A DNA stretch of 64,000 nt from the human T2T-CHM13v2.0 reference genome, Homo sapiens, in the NCBI GenBank assembly GCA_009914755.4, contig CP086569.2, positions 14,368,001-14,432,000 on the forward strand, read 5' to 3'. The notes beneath the pieces were generated by a model, which saw only the letters and a list, made by a program, of their open reading frames with translations, searched no databases and was not told the DNA's origin. The position numbers and the translations under genes are program-made. This document shows positions 1-14,796 of the stretch, piece by piece. Position 1 is the first letter of the stretch; each line of letters begins with the position of its first letter.

Positions 1-325
1 AAACTACAATCCAATGGTACAAATAATACTAAGCAGTGATAGGAATTCAAGAACATAGTTACTCTCATACATACTGATATGCAAATATAAATCAATAAAG
101 CCTTTCAAGAGGACAATCTAGCATTAAGCATTCAAAAGTTCATTTAAAAACAAGAGTATTTGTGTGTGTGTATTCCTCGCTTCCATGATGCCGGTAATGG
201 ATATATAACAGCAATTATTGGCACATAAAAATTTTCACTAGGCTTGTCAACAGTGATTATTTTAAAAGCATAAAAAGAAACAAAGAGACTAAAATGCTCA
301 GTAAGAAAATGTTTTCTAGTTTTAA

Positions 326-628
326 GAAGAGTCTCACTCTGTTGCCCAAGCTGGAGTGCAATGGCACCATCTCAGCTCACCTCCGCCTCCTGGGTTCAAG
401 AGATTCTCCTGTCTCAATGGGTTCAAGAGATTCTCGTCTCAGTCCCAGAGAAGCTGGGATTACAGGTGTGCGCCACCGCACCCTGCTAGTTTTTGTTATT
501 TTTAGTAGAGACGAGGTTTACCATATTGGCCAGGCTGGTCTCAAACTCCCGACCTCAGGTGATCTGCCTAACTTGGCCTCCCGAAGTCCTGGAATTACAG
601 GCATGAGCCACCATGCCCAGCCGAGAAA
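326..628 (-). repeat. Alu SINE (antisense), with ~27-bp internal tandem duplication (392-418 / 419-445)
   Basis: Reverse complement of the Alu consensus (tctcactctgttgcccaagctggagtgcaatgg ... ggcatgagccaccatgcccagcc). Poly-T leader on the plus strand. Confidence 0.85.
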
Positions 629-1530
629 ATGTTTAACTTAAGTAATGGAATAAGGGGTTACAAATGTTTTAAAATTGTATATGCAGGCTATAAATTTCAG
701 GTATTTTGGCACGATATTATTAGTATACTCTATTGACTTTAAGTTACAAACTGGTATGCAGAGTAAAAAACACATTTTAAATTCTGAAATGTTTATATTG
801 ACACAATAGTCTATTAGGAGTTTTATCAAAAGTTTTAACAGTTGTCTCTTGGTGGCAAATGTATTACTGAAGCCTTCGTAGAATTTTTCTTAAATACTGT
901 GAGTCACCAAGCTCAATGCAGTAAATACAGATGTAAACAAAACACAAAGCAATAATTTATCTTTTTAGTTATCTGAACACTGGTTTTTTTGATGTTTCTT
1001 TTATTGAGATGAAATCCACATAACATACAATTAGCAATTTTAGAGTGTACAATTCAGTGGCATTTAGTATATTCTCAATGTTGTGCAGCCACCACCACTC
1101 TCTATTTTCAAGTTTTTTTGTTACTCCAGAAGTACACACTATAATTCTCTGGCAATCATTAATCTACTCTGTCTCTAAGGATTTACCTATTCTGAATATT
1201 TTATATAAAATAAGTCAAAAAACACGGGATTCTGTGTCTGGCTCCTTTCACTTAGCATAATGTCTTTAAGGGACATGCAGGTTGTAGCAGGTATCAGTAC
1301 TCCATTCCTTTTTATGGCTGAGTAATATTCCGTTGTCTGTATATACTACAGCTTGTTTACATAGTCATGGACATTTGAGTTGTTTCCACCTTTTGGCTAC
1401 TTGAATCAAGTTGCTATGGGCATTCATGAACAAGTGTTTGTTTGAGTGGTTTGTTTTGTTTCAATTATTTAGGGGTGTATACCTCAGAGTAGCATTTCTG
1501 GTTCATTGGTAATTCTGTGAAGTTTTTGAG

Positions 1531-1560
1531 GATATATACATATATATATATATATGTACA
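1531..1560. repeat. (TA)n / (TATG)n simple repeat
   Basis: atatatacatatatatatatatatgtaca read directly. Confidence 0.8.
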
Positions 1561-1565
1561 TATTT

Positions 1566-2219
1566 TTATTATACTTTAAGTTCTGGGGTACATGTGCACA
1601 ATGTGCAGGTTTGTTACATATGTATACATGTGCTATGTTGGTGTGCTGCACCCATTAACTCGTCATTTACATTAGGTATATCTCCTAATGCTATTCCTCC
1701 CCCCTCCCCCCAACCCCACAACAGGCCCTGGTGTGTAATGTTCCCTTTCCTGTGTCCAAGTGTTCTCATTGTTTAATTCCCACCTATGAGTGAGAACGCC
1801 CAGTGTTTGTTTTTTTGTCCCTCCAATAGTTTGCTGAAATGATAGTTTCCAGCTTCATCCATGTCCCTACAAAGGACATGAACTCATCCTTTTTTATGGC
1901 TGCATAGTATTCCACGGTGTATATGTGCCACATTTTCTTAATCCAGTCTATCATTGATGGGCATTTGGGTTGGTTCCAAGTCTTTGCTATTGTGAATAGT
2001 GCCTCAATAATCTTACATATGCATGTGTCTTTACAACAGCATGATTTATAATCCTTTGGGCATATACTCAGTAATGGGATGGCTGGGTCAAATCCTATTT
2101 CTAGTTCCAGATCCTTGAGGAATCATCACACTGTCTTCCACAATGGTTGAACTAGTTTACAGTTCCACCAACAGTGTATAAGTTTTCCTATTTCTCCATA
2201 TCCTCTCCAGCACCTGTTG
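1566..2219 (-). mobile_element. LINE-1 3' end fragment (ORF2 C-terminus + 3'UTR), 5'-truncated
   Basis: Reverse complement of the L1 3'UTR/ORF2 end (tttattatactttaagttctggggtacatgtgcacaatgtgcaggtttgttacatatgtatacatgtgc ... ccaccaacagtgtataag). Similarity stops at ~2219. Confidence 0.85.
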
Positions 2220-3177
2220 ACATTACTAAAATAACATTCTCATCAAGGTCATCAGGGTCTCAGAACTGGCTACATACAACCTCCAAGAAAGTTTCGTTCT
2301 TTCTGTTTTTGCAATGTGTTCTGCCACAAATTCATCAGTTCTCAAAGCTAACAGAACTTTTACTAGTTGCCCAATGCATCAATTCCATAGTTCTGAGAGC
2401 ATGGGCATGAATGTCTGAAAACCTGAGGTATGATCACTAATATGCTATTCTCTGAACTTCTCAATTGCATTTTCCTCCTTGAATAAATCAGACTAAATTA
2501 GTGACACCACAAATTGTGATCATTGAGAAATCTCTAAAGGTTTTTCAGAAGCCGAGTAGGAAGCTATCTATGACTTTTTAAAACTCTGACTGAATTCTAA
2601 ATATATTTAATTGGACATTACATGAAGACGTTGTGTATTTAACTTCTGAATGCAGGGAAGATAAATACAAAATCACCTGATGGATATGCAAAAATTTATC
2701 AGCTTTACAAAGACATATAATACCATTCTATGAGCACAAGTTTATTGCAATATTTTGTCCTTTACTGTCAACAAAAGAACACAGCCACATGATATAGGAA
2801 AAATCTATATTCTTTACAAATTTTCCATGAATCTCTAGCTAAAAGATCATATGACATATATGCAACGATTTATCAGCTTTCAGAGCTTTAATTGATATTC
2901 ATTACTTGTGGGTTCTGTTATTTGACTCACGAAAATTTATATATACACAAAATCAATACTTAATGATGGTTTCAAAGATATTCACAGACCTGCTCAGGGC
3001 AGCAATAAATTCGACCCACTGGATACACACTCCCAGCTAATGTTAGAAGCGGTGGGCCTTTCTCTGACTTCATGTGTCAAGTATTCTAAACAAACAGGCT
3101 TTTCCTGCTGTATGCAGTGTCACATTTTTCTGATTTTTGCTCTTTTGTTAGTAATTTCGCTGTTTAAAATCACTATC

Positions 3178-3487
3178 CAGCTGGGTGCAGTGGCTCACAC
3201 CTGTAATCCCAGCACTCTGAGAGGCCAAAGCAGGCGTATCACTTGAGGTCAGAAGTTTAAGACCAGCTTGGCCAACATGGTGAGACCCCATCTCTATTAA
3301 AAATATAAAAATTAGCTGGGTGTGGTGGCACATACCTGTAATCCCAGCTCCTAGGGAGGCTGAGGCACAAGAATCCCTTGAACCCAAGAATCGCTTGAAC
3401 CCAGGAGACATAGGTTGCAGTAAGCCAAGATCGCACCACTGCACACCAGCCTCGTTGACAGAGTGAGATTGTGTTTCAAAAAATAAA
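3178..3487 (+). repeat. Alu SINE
   Basis: ggctcacacctgtaatcccagcac ... gcaccactgcacaccagcctc, with A-rich tail. Confidence 0.9.
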
Positions 3488-3490
3488 GCT

Positions 3491-3850
3491 GAGTGCAGTG
3501 GCTCACACCTGTAATCCCAGCACTTGGGAGGCCAAGGCGGGTGGATCATGAGGTCAGGAGATCAAGACCATCCTGGCTAACACGGTGAAACCCCATCTCT
3601 ACTAAAAATACAAAAAAATTGCCAGGCGTGGTGGCGGGCACCTGCAGTCCCAGCTACTTGGGAGGCTGAGGCAGGAGGCTGAGGCTGAGACAGATGAACC
3701 CGGGAGGTGGAGGTGGCAGTGAGCCGAGATCACGTCACAGCACTCCAGCCTGGGTGACAGTGAGACCCTGTCTCAAAAAAGTAAATAAATACATAAAATA
3801 AATACATAAAAAATAATAAAATACAATATAAAATAACAAAATAAAATGAA
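3491..3850 (+). repeat. Alu SINE (tandem to previous) with long A/T-rich tail
   Basis: gctgagtgcagtggctcacacctgtaatcccagcacttgggaggcc ... ctgtctcaaaaaa, followed by an (AAATA)n-like tail. Confidence 0.9.
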
Positions 3851-4275
3851 ACATTAAGAAGTATACAAAATCACTAACCGATGTATAGTGCTGAAGAGCT
3901 GTCTGATGTCCCTAAGTACAAAAAGAACGTCATGTGCCAATGTGCCTAAATACAAAAAGAATGTGATGTGCCTCACAGAAAAATATATTTCATTCAGGCA
4001 TGAGTTATAATGCTTCTGGCTTTGAGTTCAATGATAATGAATCAACAATTTAGATTTTAGTAGGGATTTTTAAACAGAAATACACATAAAATATAGTTAT
4101 GTATTGATCAGCTAACAACAATGTTGTGATCAAAGGCTAATAGGAACTTTATCCTGTATTTCCCTTTAGGAACAATAGTTCAGTATTTGCTAATTCAGTT
4201 TTCACAATGATTTATAACATTAATCTAAATGACAAGAATCTATATCCATTGTTAAGCAAATTCATTGTTTTATAC

Positions 4276-4293
4276 AGACACACACACACACAT
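4276..4293. repeat. (CA)n simple repeat
   Basis: cagacacacacacacacatatac. Confidence 0.7.
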
Positions 4294-5604
4294 ATACTGA
4301 GTCTGAGTCTAGTAAGACAGAGAGCCTATCTCAGGCTGCTAATCTGGATAACAGAAGCCTAGTATTCATTGCAAGCTTTGGCCTAAGGCTCATGAAAGCT
4401 GCCCAAAGCATATGGAGTCTCATCTGCCCATGTCCACTTGCACCATAGCTGAGGAACCCTGAAAAGCAGCCCTAAGTTTAACACCCTGGCATTATAAGCC
4501 TTAATGAGCTAAACAGTTGAAAGAACACACCACCAGCTCTTTAGTGCACCCTGTTTCTGGTGTGGAAGGCAGTTGGGAAAAAAGGAGGCTGTTTGCTGAG
4601 TCCCTCATCATCTTAGGATGTTGTATTCCCAGTACATTCTACAGTCATTCTTGTGAACTACAAGTGAGAAAGAATGAAAACTGGGTTGGTCCAAGGCCAT
4701 GCTGACTACCATACTCCATGAAACATACACTATGGTCACTAGTTTATATAAATATTCTACTTTATACTGAAAACAAACAGTATTTCCACATTACAGATTA
4801 AGAAACTGTATATTTAAGAAATTCCCTTCTCTAGGCAACAGAAAAAAGCTATAATCAAGAATCAGGAAGGGAGAGCACTGGGAAGAATAGCTAATGGATG
4901 CTGGGCTTAATACCAAGGTGATGGGTGGATCTGTGCAGCAAACAACCATGGTACATGTCTACTTATATAACAAACCTGCACATCCTGCACATGTACCCCA
5001 GAACTTAAAATAAAAGTTGAAGGAAAAAAACACCGAATTCCTTTTTTAAAAAAACAGATTTTTATATTTTCAAACTATACCAACACTTCAAATTAAAGAA
5101 ACACCATCTTCAATTTAAACAGCAACACAAATAGGCTCATCCATAAATGAAATAAAACTATTATTTTTGGAGAAGCATAACTCAAAGACCTATTAGTGGG
5201 AAGCACCCATTTTATGTTCTTATACTCTATGTACCAGGACAGAGTATTATAATTTCACCCAAGAAAGTGAAAGGCAAACAAAAGAAGAAAAAGAAACATA
5301 AAGTTTGACATACATTATTAGTCATTCTTGGAGTAATAGTAAATGTACAGGAACCAAAAACACAGAGCCAAAATTTTTAACAAAAGTGGCTGTCAGTACA
5401 ACAGGTAACAAATTACTTACCTGAAAGAAGAATAGAAGAGAGAAAGTTATGAATGGCTGGAATCTCAGTTAGCTTGTAATTGGAAAACTTTCAACTCAAC
5501 ACCAAATATAAAATATAAATGAATGTCTCTGTATTCATTTTATTTTCTTCTCTACTATTACAAGTGATCAAGTTAACCTCTACGTCTAAAAAGACTAATT
5601 CTTT

Positions 5605-5888
5605 TTATCTTTGAGACAGAGTGTTGCCCTGTTGCACACACTGGAGTGCAGCGGCACAATCTCAGCTCACTGCCACCTCTGCCTCCAGGGTTCAGGCAAT
5701 TCTCCTGCCCCAGCCTATAGAGTAGTTGGGATTACAGGCGCATGCCACCATGCCCAGCTAATTTTTTGTATCTTTAGTAGAGACAGGGTTTCACCATTTT
5801 GGGAGGCTGGTCTTGAACTCCTGACCTCATGATCCACCTGCTTTGGCCTCCCAAAGTGCTGGGATTATAGGCGTGAGCCACTGCGCCT
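5605..5888 (-). repeat. Alu SINE (antisense) with target-site duplication aaaagactaattctttt
   Basis: gagacagagtgttgccctgttgcacacactggagtgcagcggcac ... ggcgtgagccactgcgcc. A direct repeat aaaagactaattctttt sits at both flanks (about 5590 and 5893). Confidence 0.9.
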
Positions 5889-6177
5889 CACCAAAAGACT
5901 AATTCTTTTCATGCCAATATTGACCTGAGAGAACATTTAATCAAGAACTTAAATGTCAGCGTTATTCTTCTCTGACCTTAATGTATTTTGCCCAATGTCT
6001 GACCCACCATGTGCCCAAAGCACAACAAAACACAACAAAATAACCTTCAAAACAATTTCCTTGGAGTCTTTATTCACTCCACAGACAAAAATTATACAAG
6101 GTCTCTTCTCTTCTTTTTAAATAGAAAATGTGACTAAATTCTCAATCTTAAAGCTTTAAGAAATTTAAAAATACACG

Positions 6178-6482
6178 CCAGGAGCAATGGCTCATGCCTG
6201 TAATCCCAAAACTTTGGGAGGTCAAGGCAGGCAGATCACCTGAGGTCAGGAGTTCAAGACCAGCCTGGTCAACATGTTAAAACCCCATCTCTACTAAAAA
6301 TACAAAAATTAGCTGGGAGTGGTGGCAGGCGCCTGTAATCCCAGCTACTCAGGGGAGACTGAGGCATGAGAATCACTTGAACAGGTAGGCAGAGGTTGCA
6401 ATGAGTCAAGTTAGAGTTTGTGCCACTGCATTCCTGGAGACACACCAAGACTCTGTCTCAAAAAAGAAAAAAAAAAAAAAGA
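6178..6482 (+). repeat. Alu SINE
   Basis: gccaggagcaatggctcatgcctgtaatcccaaaactttgggagg ... poly-A. Confidence 0.9.
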
Positions 6483-6672
6483 AATTAAAAATACATATTA
6501 AGTGACTGCTACATAGCAAAGTCAGACAGTCCCTATTTAAATCTACTTCTCAATTCAGGGTCTTTGTTTATTAGCTCTCAAGTTTGCATATTAAACACAC
6601 AAAAAAAATCTTAAATGTGTACTAGAAAAACCTATGTATTTTTCTTCTCCAATTGTTTCCTTTGAAATATTA

Positions 6673-6987
<315 letters not shown>

Positions 6988-7082
6988 TTAACCAAATTTT
7001 TATCTAAAAGTTTATAAATAAACATTACCAGTAAAAGTCACCTGCTAAAATAAAGCCCATTTAACAAGTGCTAAGAATTTCA

Positions 7083-7378
7083 GGCCGGGTGCGGTGGCTC
7101 ACGCCTGTAATCCCAGCACTTTGGGAGGCTGAGGCGGGCGGATCAAGAGGTCACGAGATTGAGAACATCCTGGCTAACACTGTGAAACCCGGTATCTACT
7201 AAAAATATATAAAAAAAAATTAGCCAGGCGTGGTGGCAGGCACTTGTAGTCCCAGCTACTCAGGAGGCTGAGGCAGGAGAATGGCATGAACCTGTGAGGC
7301 GGAGCTTGCAGTGAGCCGAGATGGCGCCAGTGCACTCCAGCGTGGGTGACAGTGAGACTCCATCTCAAAAAAAAAAAG
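7083..7378 (+). repeat. Alu SINE (AluY/S-like, low divergence)
   Basis: ggccgggtgcggtggctcacgcctgtaatcccagcactttgggaggctgaggcgggcggatca. Many CpGs are retained. Confidence 0.9.
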
Positions 7379-7883
7379 AATCCCATTTATCATTCATTGA
7401 CTTCCTCTGCTACTATTCCCCAACCTACTACATTATTAGGAGGAAGAAGTTAGAGAAACTTAAATAAATCTGTTACTATAAACCATTTTTAAATGGCAAA
7501 GTTCCAGCTGAAACATTAATACCCCATAGAGCATGCTACGTCAAATTAAAAGTACATTTCATTAGTAAACACTGGCTTAACCTAACAAAAAATGAGGTAC
7601 ATCAGATACTCTACTGCTAAAGCACACAAGTAGTATACCCCCACCAACTCTTCCCTCTAATCCTAAAATAGTCAACTGTTCTTTCTACTACCCATATTTG
7701 CTGGAAAATATATCTACCTACTCTCTACAATATGTTTACTTATATCCAAAAGTTATAAAATATTCTTTGGTATGAGAATATTGGTGTGAAGGAAAAATGT
7801 TCTAATTTCCTAAATAAATAATGCTCTTGGTCAGTGGCTTGGTACTATGAAAAGTACACAATTTTTACAGTTATCTTAAGTAA

Positions 7884-8210
<327 letters not shown>

Positions 8211-8690
8211 TGAGAAGAAAAATCATTTGACTGAATGAAAAAAATCTGCTGTATAGAAGGCTCAAACTCAAGAGATGTATTCCTTTATTCCTTTAGAGTA
8301 ACACACTGCTACAGATTCCTTTAGAATAACACACTGTATTCTAACCTGTATTCCTTCAGAATAACACACTGCTACAGATCAGACTTGCAATATTTTCTAA
8401 CTATAATGAAAAATTTTAAAGAAAATCGAGAAATCAAATGAGGAAATACTGTTTTCCTGATCTTTCCAAAATGTCCACGTTTGTATAATATAGACAAAGA
8501 TGACAAACGTATTGTCTTTCTACTGTTAACATTTTTAAAAACTTGATTTTCACAAGGGCAAGCAAAATAGCAATACAAGTGTAGGATATTATACGTTTTA
8601 CTCAATAATCTAATTGACGGCATATTTACATGAAATCACATAAAATTTTCACATCTCTATTTAGTCTAAATTCTTTCTCATTGATTACTA

Positions 8691-8918
<228 letters not shown>

Positions 8919-10254
8919 CTAGAAATAAAAATTATAAACATTAAGAAAAAGGCATGTCCTTCCTGGAAGAATACATACATCTGCACGAGATTCTTAAAGA
9001 AATCAAAGCAACCATAAATGTATGTCATTTCTTCCATAGGCATAGGATTAAATTCGGCATTTCAGAGAGGAAATAACTTCTCTTTAAGAATTTACTAATG
9101 AAGAAATTAGATCCCAAGGATTCTTGGTGAATTTTGAAGTCTTCAGCAGTATACCCATATTAAAAGGAGATGACAGAAGCCAAAGTAATGATGGGCTGAC
9201 AGGACGACTAGATCAGTTTCATTAAAAAGGGCTAACTTGAAGATATATCTTTTGACACCAGCTGTTTAGAGGATCTGAAGTGACCTTGCTGGACAGTGGA
9301 AGTAATCACAACATGGAACTCCTTGAATAAAAATTTACTGACTTTAAAAATAATAATAATAATTATAATAGTAATTCACTAATGAAGCCAACAGTCATGA
9401 TCTAAGTACTTTTCCATCTTGAAAAGATCATATGCTCAATAAAATAAACTAGGAGCTCATTAATAACTTTATATAAAAGTTACATATCTAAATTCTTATT
9501 ATAATCCTTATTTCTACAACAAAACTACTCTCAAATTAAGCATTGGAGGAACATTACTGACTCTGGTAGCCATTAGCCACATGAAATTTTTAAACATTTG
9601 GAATGTGGAGAGCACAAACTGAGATGTGCTGTGTTTCAAAGATTTCACACAAACTTTGGTGGGGGAGTGGTTACGGGTTCCGATCAAATCTTTGAACTTT
9701 CAGGAGTATGCAGAAGGGAAAAACTGAATGAAAACATTACTAAAACATCAGAAAGAACAGTCTTCTGGAATTTTGCTGCAAATAGAGTTGTTACTAACCA
9801 CAGATCTTGAAAAACTTAACTTCTTCTAACTACAGTCTTAACATGCAAACAGCTTGTTATTTGCAAAGGAAAAGATGCTCAGTATTTTCAAGAATAAATG
9901 AATTACTTGTAATGCAGAACAAAATGAATAAATCTGAAAGTAAGCTGAAGGAAAGGAGCAAGGCTAAAGCATAGTATATTTTTCACAATCCCACTTACAT
10001 AATATTCTAGAAATGTAAACCATCTTTAGTGTCAGAAAGCAGATCAGTGATTACTTATAATTCCTGCCTCCTCTTTCTGAATTACTAAACCACTGCCTGA
10101 GTTTACTTGTACTAAGCCCCTACTGTGACAGACCCAATACGAAGTACTTTACATAAATGTTCTTCCTTACACAAAATGCAGTATCCGGAAAACAGGACTT
10201 CAAGTAATGGCAGCATGAAAACGATAGTGAATGCACTCTACAAAAAAGAAGGGG

Positions 10255-10564
<310 letters not shown>

Positions 10565-10849
10565 TTATTTTTTAACATTGTGCTAACATTCACAGCAGCA
10601 AAGAGTTTCACAGTTTAGTCCACAAGTACCCTCCACTCTATGCAAATTTTCTTAAAATACATATCTAAAATGTCTAATTCTCCACCAAACATTACTAGAC
10701 CTGAAAACAAACAGGTAAGTGTAACCCTATTATAATAAGTCACTTTTTTCAATCAACAAAAACTTACCCAAATAAATTTATATATTGTATTCAGCAGGAA
10801 CTTCAAAGTAGTTATTACAAATATACTTAATGAATTAAACAGTGGGCAA

Positions 10850-10930
10850 ATACAGGTGATTGAGGTTGCAGTAAGCTGTCATCATGCCACTGCACTCTAC
10901 CCTGGGTGACACAGCAAGACTTGAAAAAAA
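10850..10930 (+). repeat. Alu 3'-end fragment (~80 bp) with TSD agtgggcaaa
   Basis: ggttgcagtaagctgtcatcatgccactgcactctaccctgggtgacacagcaagact + A-rich tail. agtgggcaaa flanks both sides. Confidence 0.75.
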
Positions 10931-10959
10931 AGAAAAAGTGGGCAAAGGACAAGAACAGA

Positions 10960-11660
10960 TCAAAAGAAGACACATAATAGTCAAAAAGCACATTTAAAAA
11001 ATGTTCAACATCACTAATCACCAGAGAACTGCAAATCAAAACCACAATGAGATATCATCTTAACACTAGACAGAATGTCTATCATTAAAAAGATAAAAAA
11101 AAAAAAGAGATATTGGCAGGGATACAGACAAAAGGAATCTCTTATACACTTTCATAGAGTATTAGCACACTCTGAAAAACAGTATGGAGATTTCTCAAAC
11201 TACTAAAAACAAAACTACCATTCAATCCAACAATCCCATTACACGGTATATACCCAAAGAATAAGAAATCATTATATCAAAATGATAACTGCATTTGTAT
11301 GTTTACTGCAGCTCTCCTCACAATAGCAAAGATAGGTAATTACTCCAATGTCCACCAATGGATAACTGGATAAAGAAAAAGCGGCATATATAAAATTAAA
11401 TACTATTTGGCAATTAAAAGAATGAAAATATGTCTTATGCAACAACAAGATGGAACTGAAGGTGATTATCTTAAGTGAAACAACTCAGAAACTGAAAACC
11501 AACACTAAATATTTAATACATCAATATAAAAGATCAAATCCAAAAAAAGAAAACATTGAACAAAAACAGAGCTTCAGAAACATTTTGAGATCATGCCAGG
11601 TGTTACAATCTTAATATAACTGGAATCCAAATGAAAAAATGGGAGAATAAAATAACTATC
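10960..11660 (+). mobile_element. Older LINE-1 (L1M/L1PB-like) 3' end fragment
   Basis: ORF2 C-terminal / 3'UTR-like text on the plus strand (gaactgcaaatcaaaaccacaatgagatatcatcttaacactag ... tatatacccaaagaataagaaatc ... ccaccaatggataactggataaagaaaa). Confidence 0.75.
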
Positions 11661-11664
11661 CTCC

Positions 11665-12054
<390 letters not shown>

Positions 12055-12399
12055 CTATTAAAAAGGAGAATCATATTCCCAGATAAACAAAGGCAAAGAA
12101 CTAACTGACGATAGACATACTTTACCAGAAAGAAGTATTGTTTCACGCAGGAAAAAATTAAAATAGCAGGCAGTAATGTGAATTCCCAAGGCAATAACAT
12201 GGTTGTGGGATGAGCAAGGAGTGCTGGGCCAACTGCTAAGTTTGTACCTAAGGGATACACCCCCTGAAAACTGCTAATCTGTTTTTGTATCTCTCTGGAT
12301 TTGCAATTTTCGAGAAAGTAAGACTTCCTTGAAAAACAAACCTGAGGGCGTTCATCACCACTACACCTACCTTGTAAGAAATGCTGAAGTAGTCCCACA

Positions 12400-13400
12400 G
12401 GTTAAAGAAAAATGATGTTAATCAGCACACAAAACCATTTGAAAATACAAAATAAAGGTAAACATATAGACAAATATAGTAACCTATAATATTATAATGC
12501 AGATGAAAAAATAATGAATAAATCTGGTATCTAATTTTTTAAGGCATAAAAAAATTCTAAAAAATACATTAATGGATCCCTAAAGGACAGATATAAAGAG
12601 CAGTTTTTATATGCAACTGAAATTTAGTTCTTGTCAGTTGACAAAAGATGATTACTGGCCGGGTGTGGTGGCTCATGCCTGTAATCCCAGCACTTTAGGA
12701 GGCCAAGGCAGGCAGATCACCTAGGTCAGGAGTTGGAGACCAGCCTGGGCAACATGGTAAAAGCCTGTCTCTACTAAAAAAATACAAAAACAGCTATGTG
12801 TGGTGGCAGGTACGTGAAATCTCAGCTACTTGGGAGGCTGAGGCAGCTTGAACCTGGGACGTGGAGGTTGCAGTGGGCTGACATAGCACCACTGAACTTC
12901 AGCATGGGCAACAGAAGGAAACTGCATCTCAAAAAGAAAAAAAAACAAAGATAGTTTTATAACTTTATGAAGCTTTATGTTACTGCCATGGTAACTACAA
13001 AGAAAACATATAGGACATATGTACAAAGTGAAATGAAAAGAGAATTAAAATTTGTCACTACAAAAAAATCCAATGAAACACAAAGGAAGGCAGAAAGAGA
13101 GGAAAAGAGAAATAAAAAGGGTACAACATAGAAAACAAGGTAAACTTTTAGACAATTATAGTAACCTATATTTTAAGGCATAAAAATGAAATGAAACAAA
13201 GAAAATGGAAGTAGTAAGTCCTTTCTTGTCAGTAAAGAGAAACAGGTAATGCACCAATCATAATACACAGAGGGAATAACTGGATTTAAAAAAACAAGAT
13301 ACAACTACACATTGCCTAAAAGACATTCACTTTAGACCTAAGGACACGCACAGGCCAAAAGTGTAAAAATGAGAAAAGATCTGTATTCTATTCTCTGAAG
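12400..13400 (+). mobile_element. Fragments of an old LINE-1 (5' portion / EN region), interrupted by the Alu at 12657-12950
   Basis: L1M-like ORF1/EN text (e.g. acaagatacaactacacattgcctaaaagacattcactttagacctaaggacacgcacagg). Similar aaggtaaac..atagacaa.tatagtaacctata blocks appear at 12455 and 13140. Confidence 0.5.
12657..12950 (+). repeat. Alu SINE
   Basis: ggccgggtgtggtggctcatgcctgtaatcccagcactttaggaggcc ... ctgcatctcaaaaag. Confidence 0.9.
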
Positions 13401-13407
13401 AGGGCAA

Positions 13408-13592
13408 GAGTGTCCATCCTGGGACTATAGGTGCAGATCACCATGTCTAGCTAATTTCTTAGTTTTTTGTAGAGATGGAGTTTTGCCATGTTGCCCAGGC
13501 TAGTCTTGAACTTCTGGACTCAACTGATGCATCAGCCTCCATCTCCGAAACGGCTGGGATTACAGGCAAGAGTCACCACGCCAGGCCAAGTA
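13408..13592 (-). repeat. Alu fragment (antisense, partial)
   Basis: ctatgtctagctaatttcttagttttttgtagagatggagttttgccatgttgcccaggctagtcttgaacttctg ... ctgggattacaggcaagagtcaccacgccaggcc. Confidence 0.8.
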
Positions 13593-14433
13593 AAGCTTAT
13601 AACAAAATGAGATCAGCGAGTAAAAGAATAGCAAAGTACATTACTTTAAACATCTGCTAAAGCTAAAGTCTGATTTTAAATCTGAATTCTAAATAAAATT
13701 ACAAGATGCACTGCTGTGGTATGAATCAAATAATCTCCAAGTAACAACTCTGTCCTATTAAGAAACAGCAATGCAAACTTTTATTTTCATAAGCTAACCT
13801 TTACTGTGAACTTTTAAAGCCCTTCACACATTTATTCTACACTCATGTTCCGGTGTTAGTCATCCTACCACTTAAAGGACTATTTGTTCAATCTAAACTG
13901 AGAGAGGTCTTACTTCAATACGACCTTCATAAAAGTTTTCCATTCATGGCACTCTCAAGTTTGTTCTGCTCTGAGTTGCAGCAGCAATTTATAAGCCAAT
14001 CATGTGAAGATTCAAAGCAAGTTCATAAAATATGCCAGTCATTTTATGACAGCCATTGACTAATTTACAAAATATGTAGGTTTAGGTCTTAATTTGTTGA
14101 ATGAAACAATCTTATATTCTTTAAAATACAAATTAGCTCTCTAGACAGCTCATTAAAATGGGATCATTCGTTAGCATCACAGTAAGTTGCAGTGCAAAAA
14201 TAACCTTCAAAACTAAAAATCAATCTATGTCAGAACAGATGTATAATACTGTGGTTGGAAAGCACTAAAATTTAATTTTGGCTTACAGCATTATGCCTAT
14301 AAATAAATTTTGCCACCTGAGTCACAGACAAAACAGGCAAAACAATCTTATTTGGCAATTTAAATAATATCAAATGTTCCCTAGTTATTTCAATTTGACT
14401 CTTTTAAAAGCTAGCTAGTTAGTAATAAAAGTA

Positions 14434-14796
<363 letters not shown>

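Noticed and set aside
294-641. 115-aa plus-strand ORF (and similar 80-130-aa ORFs at 3148-3549, 6670-6960, 7899-8213, 38552-38947, 48964-49254, etc.)
   Set aside because: Each lies entirely within an Alu element, and its translation is the familiar Alu-derived pseudo-peptide (..[41 protein letters not shown]). These are not host genes.
9598-9810. 70-aa plus-strand ORF in unique sequence (MECGEHKLRCAVFQRFHTNFGGG...)
   Set aside because: It has no flanking splice signals or start context, no recognisable homology, and a length expected by chance in 64 kb.
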